Virus record (IMG/VR): IMGVR_UViG_3300044695_003817
Coordinates: 1-35,735 of that record
Source of the DNA: a virus
Lineage: Duplodnaviria; Caudoviricetes
Strand: one strand, 5' to 3'
Length of the DNA stretch: 35,735 nt
Positions within the stretch are counted from its first letter, which is position 1. Each line of letters begins with the position of its first letter. This document shows, piece after piece, positions 6,847 through 17,058 of this stretch. The notes below the pieces were generated by a model. It saw only the letters and a list, made by a program, of their open reading frames with translations. It was not told the DNA's origin and made no database searches. The position numbers and the translations under genes were made by a program.

Positions 6847-8907
6847 ATGGCCAGAATCTCAAACGATCAGCGGCTCTCGAATCTTCACGCGGAAGCCCTG
6901 CGCCAGTTCAATGACATTCAGACTGCGCTGCGGGATGAGCGCCTTCAGTGTCTGCAAGATAGGCGTTTCTATTCCCTGTGCGGGAGCCAGTGGGAAGGCC
7001 CGCTGTGGGATCAGTATGAGAACAAGCCCAAGTTTGAGGTCAACAAGATCATGCTGGCGGTTATTCGTATCGTCAACGAATACCGCAACAACCGCATTAC
7101 TGTGGACTATGTGTCCAAAGACGGCACAGATAACGAGAAGCTGGCCGAGGTATGTGACGGGTTGTACCGTGCTGACGAGCAGGCATCGGTAGCCGACGAG
7201 GCCTACGATAACGCCTTTGAGGAAGCAGTCGGCGGCGGCATTGGTGCATGGAGGCTGCGCACCGTCTACGAAGATGAGGAAAACGGCGACGATGACCGCC
7301 AGCGCATCCGCATGGAGCCTATATTCGATGCCGACAGCTCCGTATTCTTTGACCTAAACTCAAAGCGCCAGGACAAGTCGGACGCCAAATATGCTTTTGT
7401 GGTCACTAGCATGACCCGCGAGAGCTACAAAGAAACCTACAACGATGATCCGACTGATTGGCCCAAGATCATCCACCAGTATGAGTTTGATTGGGCAACG
7501 CCTGATGTCGTGTTTGTGGCTGAATACTTTAAAGTAGAGGAAAAGACCGAAACCATCCGCATCTTCCAAGCCATCGACGGCACTGAAGAGCGTTACAGTT
7601 CTGCCGACTTTGAGGCCGACGAAACCCTAGAAGAAACCCTGGCAGCAGTCGGAACCCTTGAGGTTCGGCAGAAAAAGATCAAGCGCAAGCGGGTGCGTAA
7701 GTACATCATGTCTGGCGGCAAAGTGCTGGAGGACGCAGGATATATTGCTGGAAACTGCATCCCCATCGTCGTCGTCTACGGGAAAAGATGGTTTGTAGAC
7801 AACATCGAGCGCTGTATGGGGGCTGTCAGGCTGGCCAAAGATGCCCAGCGCCTGAAGAACATGCAGCTCTCTAAGCTGGGCGAGATCAGCGCACTGTCCA
7901 GTGTAGAAAAGCCAATATTGGTTCCAGAGCAGGTCGCAGGCCACCAGGTCATGTGGGCCGAGGACAACCTCAAGGACTACCCGTATCTTCTGGTCAACCC
8001 AATCACGGGGCCAAACGGCGAGCAGCAAATCAGTGGGCCAATTGCCTACACGAAAAGCCCACAGATTCCACCGGCAATGGCTGCGCTTTTGCAGATCACA
8101 GAGACGGATATGCAAGACATTCTGGGCAATCCCCAGGGCGCTGACAAAATGGTGTCGGGCATTTCTGGCAAAGCGGTGGAGATGATTCAGACCCGCGTAG
8201 ATATGCAGACGTTTATTTACATGAGCAATTTTGCCAAGGGCATGAAGCGATGCGGCGAGATTTGGCTATCAATGGCGCGTGACATTTACGTCGAGGAAAA
8301 GCGCAAGATGAAGGCTATTGCACCAACTGGTGAGTCAAGCGTGGTCGAGCTGATGAAGCCTGCGATTGACACAGAAACAGGCGCAATGGTCATGGAAAAC
8401 GACCTTAGCTCTGCCACCTTTGATGTGGTTGCCGAGGTTGGCCCGTCCAGCAGCAGTAAACGTGCCGCAACTGTCCGGGCGCTGACAGGAATGCTCCAGC
8501 TTACACAAGACCCAGAGACTCAGCAGGTCATTACAGCAATGGCGATGATGAATATGGAAGGTGAGGGGTTATCCGACACAAACGCCTATTTCCGCAAAAA
8601 ACTGCTCCGCATGGGTGTGGTAAAACCGACAGAAGAAGAAGCCCAGGAACTCATGGCTGAGATGCAGGGCAAGCCCCAAGACCCGAATGCAATGTATCTC
8701 CAGGCAGCGGCAGAAGAGGCTACCGCAAAGGCAGCCCAGGCCCGTGCGAATACCGTCAAAACCGTGGCCGATGCTGAACTCAGTAGGGCTAAAACGCTGG
8801 AAACCTTGGGTAAAGTTGATGAAACCGCCCAGAATATGGCGCTTACAAATGCAGAGGCCGTGCAAGAAATATTGCAAGGACAGATTATTCAGCCTGTTGT
8901 CAGATAA
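6847..8907 (+). CDS. P22-like portal protein
   Basis: GSQW, NRI.V, GGIGAWR, SGKAV motifs; long helical C-terminal barrel; synteny. Confidence 0.92.
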   Translation: MARISNDQRLSNLHAEALRQFNDIQTALRDERLQCLQDRRFYSLCGSQWEGPLWDQYENKPKFEVNKIMLAVIRIVNEYRNNRITVDYVSKDGTDNEKLAEVCDGLYRADEQASVADEAYDNAFEEAVGGGIGAWRLRTVYEDEENGDDDRQRIRMEPIFDADSSVFFDLNSKRQDKSDAKYAFVVTSMTRESYKETYNDDPTDWPKIIHQYEFDWATPDVVFVAEYFKVEEKTETIRIFQAIDGTEERYSSADFEADETLEETLAAVGTLEVRQKKIKRKRVRKYIMSGGKVLEDAGYIAGNCIPIVVVYGKRWFVDNIERCMGAVRLAKDAQRLKNMQLSKLGEISALSSVEKPILVPEQVAGHQVMWAEDNLKDYPYLLVNPITGPNGEQQISGPIAYTKSPQIPPAMAALLQITETDMQDILGNPQGADKMVSGISGKAVEMIQTRVDMQTFIYMSNFAKGMKRCGEIWLSMARDIYVEEKRKMKAIAPTGESSVVELMKPAIDTETGAMVMENDLSSATFDVVAEVGPSSSSKRAATVRALTGMLQLTQDPETQQVITAMAMMNMEGEGLSDTNAYFRKKLLRMGVVKPTEEEAQELMAEMQGKPQDPNAMYLQAAAEEATAKAAQARANTVKTVADAELSRAKTLETLGKVDETAQNMALTNAEAVQEILQGQIIQPVVR

Positions 8908-8925
8908 CTGAAAACAGGTGAAAAT
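8897..8925 (+). promoter_or_regulatory. Putative promoter TTGTCA-17-GAAAAT
   Basis: Predicted start ~8932 coincides with the 5' end of the pseudoknot. Confidence 0.45.
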
Positions 8926-8931
8926 GTAATT

Positions 8932-8963
8932 AACGGTATCCACCCAGCCGTTTTTAATGGGTG
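8932..8963 (+). promoter_or_regulatory. H-type pseudoknot in the scaffold mRNA leader
   Basis: AACGGT/GCCGTT stem 1; CACCCA/TGGGTG stem 2. Confidence 0.6.
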
Positions 8964-8981
8964 AGTTGAATGGGGTTAGAG

Positions 8982-9824
8982 ATGAATCAAACGGCAGAAT
9001 TGGACAACAACGACGAAACCGAAGTTATTGAAGAAACCGAGCAGCCAGAGGCGCAAGCCGAAGTTGAGCAGGACCAAAATGACGATCCGGATGAAGTTGT
9101 TGTATCCATTGGTGAGGAAGCGCCACCTCCAGAGGAACAGACTCAAGCACCTGAATGGGTACGCGAGCTGCGTAAGACGAACCGAGAATTGCAACGTCAG
9201 AACCGCGAGCTACAGAATAAGCTGCAAACCACACAGACTGAGACCAAGCCGGTCGTGTTGGGAGTAAAGCCAAAGCTGGAAGATCACGATTACGACGCTG
9301 ATAAATTCGAGGCAGCACTGGCAGATTGGTTTGAGCGCAAGCGAAAATCCGACGAGATGCAGGCCGCGCAGGAAGCTGAAGTTATGAATCAGCAGAAGGC
9401 GTGGAAGGCAAAGCTGGATGACTACGGCAAGGCGAAAGCCGAGTTGCGAGTCAAAGATTTTGAGGATGCTGAGGCTGTGGCCCAGCAAATTTTCAACATC
9501 ACCCAGCAGGGAATCGTGGTTCAAGGCGCTAACAACTCAGCTCTGGTTATTTACGCACTCGGCAAGAACCCAAAGAAGGCTAAAGAGCTGTCCGATATCA
9601 AAGACCCCGTAAAGTTTGCATTTGCGGTAGCGAATCTGGAGAGAGAATTGAAAGTGACCAATCGCAGAGCAGCACCCGCACCAGAACGTATCGTTTCAGG
9701 AACTGGACGATCATCCGGTGCGGTGGACTCAACCCTAGAACGGCTGAGAGAAGAAGCGGCCCGTACTGGTGATATGACGAAAGTTTATCGGTACAAGCAG
9801 CAGAAACGATCAGCACCTAAGTAA
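8982..9824 (+). CDS. Scaffolding protein
   Basis: Acidic N-terminus, coiled coil, basic C-terminus; between portal and coat. Confidence 0.85.
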   Translation: MNQTAELDNNDETEVIEETEQPEAQAEVEQDQNDDPDEVVVSIGEEAPPPEEQTQAPEWVRELRKTNRELQRQNRELQNKLQTTQTETKPVVLGVKPKLEDHDYDADKFEAALADWFERKRKSDEMQAAQEAEVMNQQKAWKAKLDDYGKAKAELRVKDFEDAEAVAQQIFNITQQGIVVQGANNSALVIYALGKNPKKAKELSDIKDPVKFAFAVANLERELKVTNRRAAPAPERIVSGTGRSSGAVDSTLERLREEAARTGDMTKVYRYKQQKRSAPK

Positions 9825-9844
9825 TTTTCTGAAAGGAAATCAAA

Positions 9845-11131
9845 ATGGCTAATAGTTTTTCAAAAGAAGAGCGCGTTGCGTTCGAGGACATCCTCGAAGG
9901 CTTTAACGATGCTCTGGTGTTGTCCCGCAATGTCTCGGTCTACAACACCGACGGCACGATGATGGAGCGCACCAATAACGTGATTTATCGTCCCCAGCCC
10001 TACATCGCCCAAAGCTATGACGGCATGGACCAGACCGGCAACTTTACTGCCTACACTCAGCTCACCGTCCCTGCCACGCTCGGCTTCCAAAAGTCTGTGC
10101 CGTGGATTCTGGACGCACTTGAGTTGCGTGATGCGCTGCAAGAGGGTCGTCTGGGTGATGCTGCAAAGCAAAAGCTGGCCTCCGACATCAACATTGCCAT
10201 CATGAACGTGGCCGCAGCACAAGGCTCGCTGGTCGTGACCGTGAACACCGCGGCTGGTGACTATGATGATGTGGCCCTGTGCGACAGCATCATGAACGAG
10301 CAGGGCGTGCAAGCCTTCGATCGTTACCTGGCCCTGTCGTCGCGCGACTACAACGGCATTGCTGGCAATATTGCCGGTGGCGCTACTGGTGGCGGTGCAT
10401 CGCGCAGTTTCTCTGGAAACAAGTCGAATACCGCTTTCGAGCGTTCTTTCGTTGGTATGGTTGCAGGATTCGAGACCTACAAGCTGGACTATGCAAACCG
10501 CATCGCGGCTCGCACCGGTTCAGACCCGACGATGAGCACCTTGGCTGCTGCCGGCAACTACTATGTTCCGCAAGCAACCCAGACTGCCGCTACGGGTGAA
10601 ACTCAGAACGTGGACAATCGCTTCCAGACCATCACGGTCTCTAGCACCACTGACCTGCCTGCCGGTACGCCGATCCAGATTCAAGGCGTTGAGGCTGTGC
10701 ATCACATCACCAAACAAGGCACGGGTTTCAACAAAACCTTCCGCGTTGTTCAGGTGATTAATGCTACGACCTGCGTCATTACTCCCCCGATTATCTCGGC
10801 CCAGGGTGGAAGTGACGCTGAGTTGCAATATCAAAACGTCATCGTTACCCCAGCCGCTGGCCGCACCATCACGCGCCTGAACGTGGCTGCTGCGCCTATT
10901 AACTGCTTCTGGCAGAAAGATGCGCTGGAGATTCTGCCTGGCCGTTACGCTGTCCCGTCTGATGCTGGTGTCGCAGTGATGCGTGCATCTACAGATCAGG
11001 GCATCGAGCTTGTCATGCAGAAGCAATACGATGTCGACACCATGAAAACCAAGTATCGTCTTGATACCTTGTTTGGTGTTGTCAATAAGCAGCCAGAAAT
11101 GTCTGGTATCTTGCTGTTCGGTCAGGCATAA
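9845..11131 (+). CDS. Major capsid protein (P22 gp5-like)
   Basis: KLASDIN, I-domain TFRV, RLDTLFGV..PE..G C-terminus. Confidence 0.93.
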   Translation: MANSFSKEERVAFEDILEGFNDALVLSRNVSVYNTDGTMMERTNNVIYRPQPYIAQSYDGMDQTGNFTAYTQLTVPATLGFQKSVPWILDALELRDALQEGRLGDAAKQKLASDINIAIMNVAAAQGSLVVTVNTAAGDYDDVALCDSIMNEQGVQAFDRYLALSSRDYNGIAGNIAGGATGGGASRSFSGNKSNTAFERSFVGMVAGFETYKLDYANRIAARTGSDPTMSTLAAAGNYYVPQATQTAATGETQNVDNRFQTITVSSTTDLPAGTPIQIQGVEAVHHITKQGTGFNKTFRVVQVINATTCVITPPIISAQGGSDAELQYQNVIVTPAAGRTITRLNVAAAPINCFWQKDALEILPGRYAVPSDAGVAVMRASTDQGIELVMQKQYDVDTMKTKYRLDTLFGVVNKQPEMSGILLFGQA

Positions 11132-11142
11132 GGAGTTAAATC

Positions 11143-11757
11143 ATGAGCTATCAAGTAATCTTTACCCAAGGCACGGCCGTTGTCACTGTGCCCGCTGGCG
11201 AAAAAATCGCCGTTCAGGCCTTCTCACCAGCAAGCGTGTTTCAGGAAGTTGGTTTCCCCAATTTCCCTGATTCGCAAGACCTGCTGACTGTTGTCGAGAA
11301 CACCACCTATGTGTCAGGCGCATTCACCAATGCCACTATCGTGACCATCCAGGCCGGTGCATCGGGCGCTTACTACTCGGTGGGCGTTGCTCCTGACATC
11401 AGCAACAACGGCAACTGGCAGCCCCAGGGCGCGCCAGCCAACATTGCTGATGGTGGTTCGATGATCGCCACAGCCGCTGAATTGTTGACCGGCATCATCA
11501 CCGCAACGCCTACGGCAAGCCGTAACATTCAACTGCCAACTGGTGCAAACCTTGACCTGGCAACTGAGTGGGCAACCGGCGATTCGTTTGACTTCACCGT
11601 CATTACTTTGGCTGCATTTGCTCTGACCCTGACGGTCAATACAAACGTGACCATCGTTGGCTCTGCTGCAACGGCGGCCACGTCTGGTGCGGCTGCACGC
11701 TTCCGTGTTCGCAAGACTGCGGCAGATACCTTCATCGTCTACCGCATCGGCGGCTAA
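11143..11757 (+). CDS. Putative capsid decoration/virion protein
   Basis: Ala/Thr/Gly-rich beta protein directly after coat; AAGGAG RBS. Confidence 0.6.
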   Translation: MSYQVIFTQGTAVVTVPAGEKIAVQAFSPASVFQEVGFPNFPDSQDLLTVVENTTYVSGAFTNATIVTIQAGASGAYYSVGVAPDISNNGNWQPQGAPANIADGGSMIATAAELLTGIITATPTASRNIQLPTGANLDLATEWATGDSFDFTVITLAAFALTLTVNTNVTIVGSAATAATSGAAARFRVRKTAADTFIVYRIGG

Positions 11758-11764
11758 AACTAAG

Positions 11765-11793
11765 ACAGGCCGGCAGAGATGTCGGCCTGTTTT
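11765..11793 (+). terminator. Rho-independent terminator after the capsid genes
   Basis: ACAGGCCGGCA-GAGA-TGTCGGCCTGT-TTT. Confidence 0.75.
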
Positions 11794-11807
11794 CCATGGA
11801 GATTGAT

Positions 11808-11978
11808 ATGCCACTGACCAAAGGTTACTCGCAGAAATCCATCAGCAAAAACATTTCCAAGGAAATGAAATCTGGTATGCCGCAGAAACAAGCCGTAGCC
11901 GTGGCACTGTCCACTGCACGCAAGGCCGCAATGAAAGCTGGCAAGCCAAGCAAAGCACCTAAAAAGGCCATGAAATGA
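11808..11978 (+). CDS. Small Lys-rich protein
   Basis: MPL.KG.S.K.IS.NI...KQAVAVAL pattern; GGAG RBS. Confidence 0.7.
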   Translation: MPLTKGYSQKSISKNISKEMKSGMPQKQAVAVALSTARKAAMKAGKPSKAPKKAMK

Positions 11979-12127
11979 AACCTGGACTTTATGCCAATAT
12001 TGCAGCTAAACGTGCTCGTATTGAAGCCGGTAGCAAAGAGAAAATGCGTAAGCCTGGCACCAAAGGCGCACCTACAAAGGCTGACTTTGTGGCGTCTGCC
12101 AAAACAGCGAAGAAAGCTAAGAAATGA
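11975..12127 (+). CDS. Small basic protein (MKPGLYANIAAKR...)
   Basis: 50 aa, ATGA-coupled at both ends; below the ORF-track cutoff. Confidence 0.7.
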   Translation: MKPGLYANIAAKRARIEAGSKEKMRKPGTKGAPTKADFVASAKTAKKAKK

Positions 12128-12411
12128 TTAGGTCAGCCGCAATCATCAAAGACAAAACTCTCCCCGCTTGGAAAGAGTTGCGCCTGCAAAAGCGCAAGTC
12201 TAAAAAGACTGCGGCACTTGAGCGCAAAGCGATCAAGCAATACTACCCATCGCCCATTGATGCCATTGAGGCACAAGCTGAACCGCAAGACGATGCACCC
12301 CCAACTCGCGAAGAACTAGAGGCCAAGGCCACAGAGCTTGGAATCAAATTTGATGGTCGCACAAAGGACAAAAAGCTGGGACAATTGATCCAAGACAAAC
12401 TAGGAGAATGA
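12124..12411 (+). CDS. Hypothetical protein with a C-terminal HeH/LEM-like motif
   Basis: TREELEAKATELGIKFDGRT..KKL. Confidence 0.6.
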   Translation: MIRSAAIIKDKTLPAWKELRLQKRKSKKTAALERKAIKQYYPSPIDAIEAQAEPQDDAPPTREELEAKATELGIKFDGRTKDKKLGQLIQDKLGE

Positions 12412-12412
12412 C

Positions 12413-12895
12413 ATGGGATGGACCAAGCGCCAATTCATCGAGCAGGCTTTCGACGAGATCGGCTTGGCCTCCTATGCATTCGATCTTGGCCCAGAGCAAA
12501 TGCAATCAGCTCTGCGCAGGCTTGATACCATGATGGCTGCCTGGAATGCTCTGGGCATCCGGCTGGCTTACCCGCTGCCATCCAGCCCCCAAGATAGCGA
12601 TCTGGACGAGCAGACTAACGTGCCAGACAGCTCAAACGAGGCCATCTACACCAACCTGGCCATCAAACTAGCCCCGAGTTACGGCAAACAGGTGATGCCT
12701 GACACCAAAGCCACGGCTAAAGAGTCCTATAACACGCTCCTATCAATCGCAGCTATGCCGATGGAGCAGCAACTGCCCAGCACCATGCCAGCGGGCGCAG
12801 GTAATAAGCCCTGGCGCGTCTATGACAATCCATTTATCCGCCCCCCAGCTAACCCAGTCTTGGCAGGTGGCGATGGCCCCATCGAATACTACTGA
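12413..12895 (+). CDS. P22 gp4-like head-tail adaptor
   Basis: L..LD.MMA.W, NLAI.LAP.YG, MPAGAGN motifs. Confidence 0.82.
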   Translation: MGWTKRQFIEQAFDEIGLASYAFDLGPEQMQSALRRLDTMMAAWNALGIRLAYPLPSSPQDSDLDEQTNVPDSSNEAIYTNLAIKLAPSYGKQVMPDTKATAKESYNTLLSIAAMPMEQQLPSTMPAGAGNKPWRVYDNPFIRPPANPVLAGGDGPIEYY

Positions 12896-12903
12896 GGAAC
12901 AGC

Positions 12904-13359
12904 ATGCCTACGATCAATCAACTCTCACCACTTTCTCAGCTTTCGGGCGGCGATCAGATCCCAGTTTACGTGCCCAACAATGGTGATGCACGCAGGGTAT
13001 CGGTCACGCAACTGCTGCAATATTTCCAGCAGACGTTTGCAGCCCCAACGGTGGCTACGAATCTGTATACGCCTGGAACTGGATTTAACATCACGGTGCC
13101 GACGCCAACCACCGAGCAGCAATGGATGCTGATCCAGCCTGCCGGCACTTTGGCTACGGGAACGATCACGCTTCCCTTGAACACTGGCGTGCCCGATGGC
13201 ACCCAAGTGCTGGTTACTACCACTCAGATCATCACCAGCTTCACGCTGGCCCTAAACGGCGCAGCAGCAGCCTTCGGCGCACCGACTACTTTGGCGGCAA
13301 ACGCTTTTTTTACCGTTCGATATTACCAAGCAACAAATAGCTGGTATCGGGTCGCCTAA
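12904..13359 (+). CDS. Putative virion protein
   Basis: Thr-rich ORF in the morphogenesis operon; GAGG RBS. Confidence 0.65.
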   Translation: MPTINQLSPLSQLSGGDQIPVYVPNNGDARRVSVTQLLQYFQQTFAAPTVATNLYTPGTGFNITVPTPTTEQQWMLIQPAGTLATGTITLPLNTGVPDGTQVLVTTTQIITSFTLALNGAAAAFGAPTTLAANAFFTVRYYQATNSWYRVA

Positions 13360-13622
13360 TGGCAACTAAAGACACCCGCTTGGCTCGCGTCGGCGTCGAG
13401 GGCTACAACAAGCCCAAGCGCACGCCATCGCATCCAACCAAAAGCCACGTTGTGGTGGCGAAGTCTGGGGATCAGGTTAAGACCATTCGCTTCGGCCAGC
13501 AAGGTGTTTCAGGTTCCCCAGATGGCAGCAAGCGCAATGAAGCATTCAAGGCTAGGCACGCGAGCAACATCGCCAAGGGCAAAATGAGCGCAGCGTATTG
13601 GGCAAACAAGGTCAAGTGGTAA
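13359..13622 (+). CDS. Conserved small basic phage protein
   Basis: KSH.V...KTIRFGQQG...FKARH...SAAYWA..VKW. Confidence 0.7.
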   Translation: MATKDTRLARVGVEGYNKPKRTPSHPTKSHVVVAKSGDQVKTIRFGQQGVSGSPDGSKRNEAFKARHASNIAKGKMSAAYWANKVKW

Positions 13623-13625
13623 GCC

Positions 13626-15071
13626 ATGCAAATCCCCATACTTAGCGGCATCTACACTGACAGCACACCAGAGCTTCGCACCGCCTACCCTGTGAACATG
13701 GTGCCGGTGCCAAAGGCGTCAGGCATCAGCAATGGCTTTCTGCGGCCTGGAGACGGCATTGTGGCTAACGGCACAGGCCCAGGCGTAGACCGAGGCGGCA
13801 TCAATTGGAACGGCGTCTGTTACCGTGTGATGGGCACTAAGCTGGTCTCTGTGGCCAGCGATGGCGCTGTGACCGTGCTAGGTGATGTTGGCGGGCCTGT
13901 CACCGAGCTGGTGACGATGGACTACAGCTTCGATGTGTTGGCCATTGCATCCGGTGGGCGACTGTATTATTGGATTCCAGTAAACACACCAGGCACCATA
14001 GGTTGGAACCCAACTGCCCCAATCCTCAGACAAGTCACCGACCCAGACCTTGGCGTCGTGTTGGATTTCTGTTGGGTGGATGGATATTTCATGACCACAG
14101 ACGGTGCCAATTTGGTTGTCACCGAGTTGTCAGACCCGACCCAGGTTAACCCCCTGAAATACGGCAGTTCCGAGGTAGACCCTGATCCTGTTGTTGCACT
14201 CATCAAGCTGCGTAATGAAGTCTATGCGCTCAACAGCAACACGATGGAAGTCTTCGACAACGTAGGCGGCGATCTGTTCCCATTCGCACGCATTGATGGC
14301 GCACAAGTCCAAAAGGGCGCTATTGGCACGCACGCCTGCTGCATCTACTTGGAGCGCATTGCCTTCTTGGGCGGCGGCAGGAACGAGGCACCCGGCATCT
14401 ACCTTGGCGCAGCGGCTACTACCCAGAAAATCAGCACCCAGGAAATCGACAATCTGCTCCTGACGTACACCGAGGCGCAACTGGTCAAGGTTCAACTGGA
14501 AGCACGCAACGACAAGAACCACCAGCACCTCTACGTTCATTTGCCAGACCGCACAGTGGTCTATGACGCCTCTGCATCTGAGGCTTTGCAGCAGCCCGTC
14601 TGGTTTACTCTCACAAGCGCCGTGGTCGGCTTTAGCCAGTACCGCGCACGCAACATGGTCTGGATATACGACAAGTGGCTTGTTGGCGATCCGCAGTCCA
14701 GCTCAATCGGCTATCTCGTTCAGGACACCGGCCATCACTGGGGACAGCAGGTGCGCTGGGAGTTTGGCACGGTCATCGTCTACAACGAAGGCAATGGCGC
14801 GGTCTTCAACCGCCTTGAGCTGGTTGCACTGACCGGCAGCGTGGCGCTGGGCAAGAACCCGCAGATCAGCACCAGTTACAGTGTCAACGGCATAGCGTGG
14901 AGTCAAGACCGCAGCATTGCAGTCGGCACGATTGGCAGCACTGCAAAACGACTTGCTTGGTTCCAGCAGGGCCATATGCGTAACTGGCGCATACAGCGTT
15001 TCCGTGGCGACAGCGATGCCCATGTGTCGTTTGCTAGGCTCGAGGCTCAGATCGAGGCGCTGGCATACTGA
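13626..15071 (+). CDS. P22 gp10-like DNA stabilisation/tail nozzle protein
   Basis: PVNM, DGYF, SEVDPD beta-propeller-type motifs; size and synteny. Confidence 0.87.
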   Translation: MQIPILSGIYTDSTPELRTAYPVNMVPVPKASGISNGFLRPGDGIVANGTGPGVDRGGINWNGVCYRVMGTKLVSVASDGAVTVLGDVGGPVTELVTMDYSFDVLAIASGGRLYYWIPVNTPGTIGWNPTAPILRQVTDPDLGVVLDFCWVDGYFMTTDGANLVVTELSDPTQVNPLKYGSSEVDPDPVVALIKLRNEVYALNSNTMEVFDNVGGDLFPFARIDGAQVQKGAIGTHACCIYLERIAFLGGGRNEAPGIYLGAAATTQKISTQEIDNLLLTYTEAQLVKVQLEARNDKNHQHLYVHLPDRTVVYDASASEALQQPVWFTLTSAVVGFSQYRARNMVWIYDKWLVGDPQSSSIGYLVQDTGHHWGQQVRWEFGTVIVYNEGNGAVFNRLELVALTGSVALGKNPQISTSYSVNGIAWSQDRSIAVGTIGSTAKRLAWFQQGHMRNWRIQRFRGDSDAHVSFARLEAQIEALAY

Positions 15072-16303
15072 TGGCAACCGCACCCGTCTCCCGCAAGTTG
15101 AACCTGACCCGTGACCAGCTCGCGGAGTTTCTGACCGACCAGCAACAGATCAGGCAGTTTGAGCTGCTGTTCTCTACGGTCGATCAAATTCAGACAATCA
15201 CAGGCACTGACTTTGAATACCAGGCAAGCAATGCAGCAGCCGCTGCAACTAAAGCGCTGGCTCAAATCTCAAAACTGGCCCAAGCAGTGGAATTGCTGGC
15301 TACAGCGCCAGTCATTAAACACAGTAATTCGGTAGTCACTGATTACATCGACTTTGATGCATTTGCGCCGCATGTGGACAAAGTTCGTAGGATGGCCTGG
15401 AATAACGAAGACCAGACCATTGAAATAGGCATGGAGTACGGCGTCATCCAACAGATCGGGATGGAGACTTACGCCAGGGTCGAGAACACTACAGGTGCCA
15501 CCATCCCCAATGGAACAGTGGTCGGCTTTGCCGGTGTAGGCGCAAATAACACGCTGTCAGTTGTCCCATATTTGGCAGACGGCTCAACCCCCACGCTCTA
15601 CATCTTGGGAGTGATGACGCACGATCTACCAGACAGCGGAGAGGTGGGCTATTGCACAGTCTGGGGGCATGTCCGTGATATGGACACCAGCGCTTTTAGC
15701 GTTGGTGATATTCTTTACGCATCCCCCACAGTCGCAGGCGCATTTACGGCCACCAAACCAACGGCGCCCGATAACGTGGTGCCAGTGGCTGCGGTGCTCA
15801 AAGTCGGCACAACTGACGGGGAGATTTTTGTTCGTCCGACCATCGAGCAACAGAAATACTACGGTCAGTTTCTTAAGACTACAGATCAAAACCCAACGGC
15901 TATTAACACGGCCAACGCCATCACATTCGACAGCACACCGATTGCCAATGGCATCAGCATTGGATCGCCTGCATCGCGCATCGTCGTGTCTGAGTCTGGT
16001 CTATATAACTTTGCTGCAACATATCAATTAACATCAACCAGCAGCAGCACCAAAAACATCTGGTTGTGGTTTCGGGTCAACGGAACTGACGTTGCAAACT
16101 CGTCAATCTTGGTCACACTTAGTAACAACAACGAATACAAAGCAGTCTGCCGAAGCGATTTCTTCACACTCGATAAAAATCAGTACGTTGAACTGATGTG
16201 GGCGGCAGATTCGACCGCCGTCACACTAGACGCAGTTGCGCCAACAGCATTTGCGCCAGGATCACCAGCCCTGATCTTAGCTGTCACACAGGTACAACAG
16301 TAA
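15071..16303 (+). CDS. Tail-associated protein at the gp26 position with extra beta-rich domains
   Basis: Follows gp10; N-terminal helical segment then beta-rich modules. Confidence 0.55.
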   Translation: MATAPVSRKLNLTRDQLAEFLTDQQQIRQFELLFSTVDQIQTITGTDFEYQASNAAAAATKALAQISKLAQAVELLATAPVIKHSNSVVTDYIDFDAFAPHVDKVRRMAWNNEDQTIEIGMEYGVIQQIGMETYARVENTTGATIPNGTVVGFAGVGANNTLSVVPYLADGSTPTLYILGVMTHDLPDSGEVGYCTVWGHVRDMDTSAFSVGDILYASPTVAGAFTATKPTAPDNVVPVAAVLKVGTTDGEIFVRPTIEQQKYYGQFLKTTDQNPTAINTANAITFDSTPIANGISIGSPASRIVVSESGLYNFAATYQLTSTSSSTKNIWLWFRVNGTDVANSSILVTLSNNNEYKAVCRSDFFTLDKNQYVELMWAADSTAVTLDAVAPTAFAPGSPALILAVTQVQQ

Positions 16304-16312
16304 GGCCCTACC

Positions 16313-16648
16313 ATGAACGTCACCGTCAAAGTTCTGATTCCTGCCAAGCAGGCCGAAAACACCCAGACCACGCAATACACGGCTGTAAATTGCAAGGCCA
16401 TTATTGATAGCTTCACGGCCACCAACACGAGCGCGGCAAACGTTACTATTAACGTAAATATTGTGACCAGTGGCGGCACTGCTAATGTGGCAAATAGAAT
16501 TACTAGCGTCCGCGCCATTGCGCCAAATGAAACATATGAATTCCCAGAACTAATCCAGCAAGTTTTGGAAAGTGGCGGGTTCATTTCAACCATCGCTAGC
16601 GCAGCCACATCGCTGACCATCCGCGCATCTGGCCGAGAAATCACTTAA
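16313..16648 (+). CDS. Putative virion protein
   Basis: Small beta-rich ORF in the tail region. Confidence 0.65.
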   Translation: MNVTVKVLIPAKQAENTQTTQYTAVNCKAIIDSFTATNTSAANVTINVNIVTSGGTANVANRITSVRAIAPNETYEFPELIQQVLESGGFISTIASAATSLTIRASGREIT

Positions 16649-16659
16649 AGGAGAACAGC

Positions 16660-17058
16660 ATGGACAAATTTATGATGATGCCCAAGGGCTTTATGGGTCT
16701 GCCGATGGGCGAAGAATTTATTACCACAGCAGAAAACAAGAAAAACTACGCCGTTGCGGTGCAAGACTGGAACTACGGTCCAGAGATGCCAACCAACGAG
16801 CCAGGCGCAAACAAGGAGTTCTACGCAGGGCTGGCCGAGGCTATGCAATGCACCGAAAAGGACGCGCGGCGCAAGCATTGCTCAAATTGTGGTTATTACG
16901 AAAACAGTTTTATGGCCCAAGTCAAGATCGAGCGCATTCCGATGGCAGCCTACGACAAAGGCGCAGGCTTTCGTGGCCACTGTGAAAAGCTGAATTTCAT
17001 CTGTAACGATATGCGCGTTTGCCAGGCCTGGGAAGACCGGGAAGAAGAAGAATATTGA
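16660..17058 (+). CDS. Cys-rich hypothetical protein
   Basis: CSNC...C...C...CQAW; AAGGAG RBS. Confidence 0.7.
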   Translation: MDKFMMMPKGFMGLPMGEEFITTAENKKNYAVAVQDWNYGPEMPTNEPGANKEFYAGLAEAMQCTEKDARRKHCSNCGYYENSFMAQVKIERIPMAAYDKGAGFRGHCEKLNFICNDMRVCQAWEDREEEEY

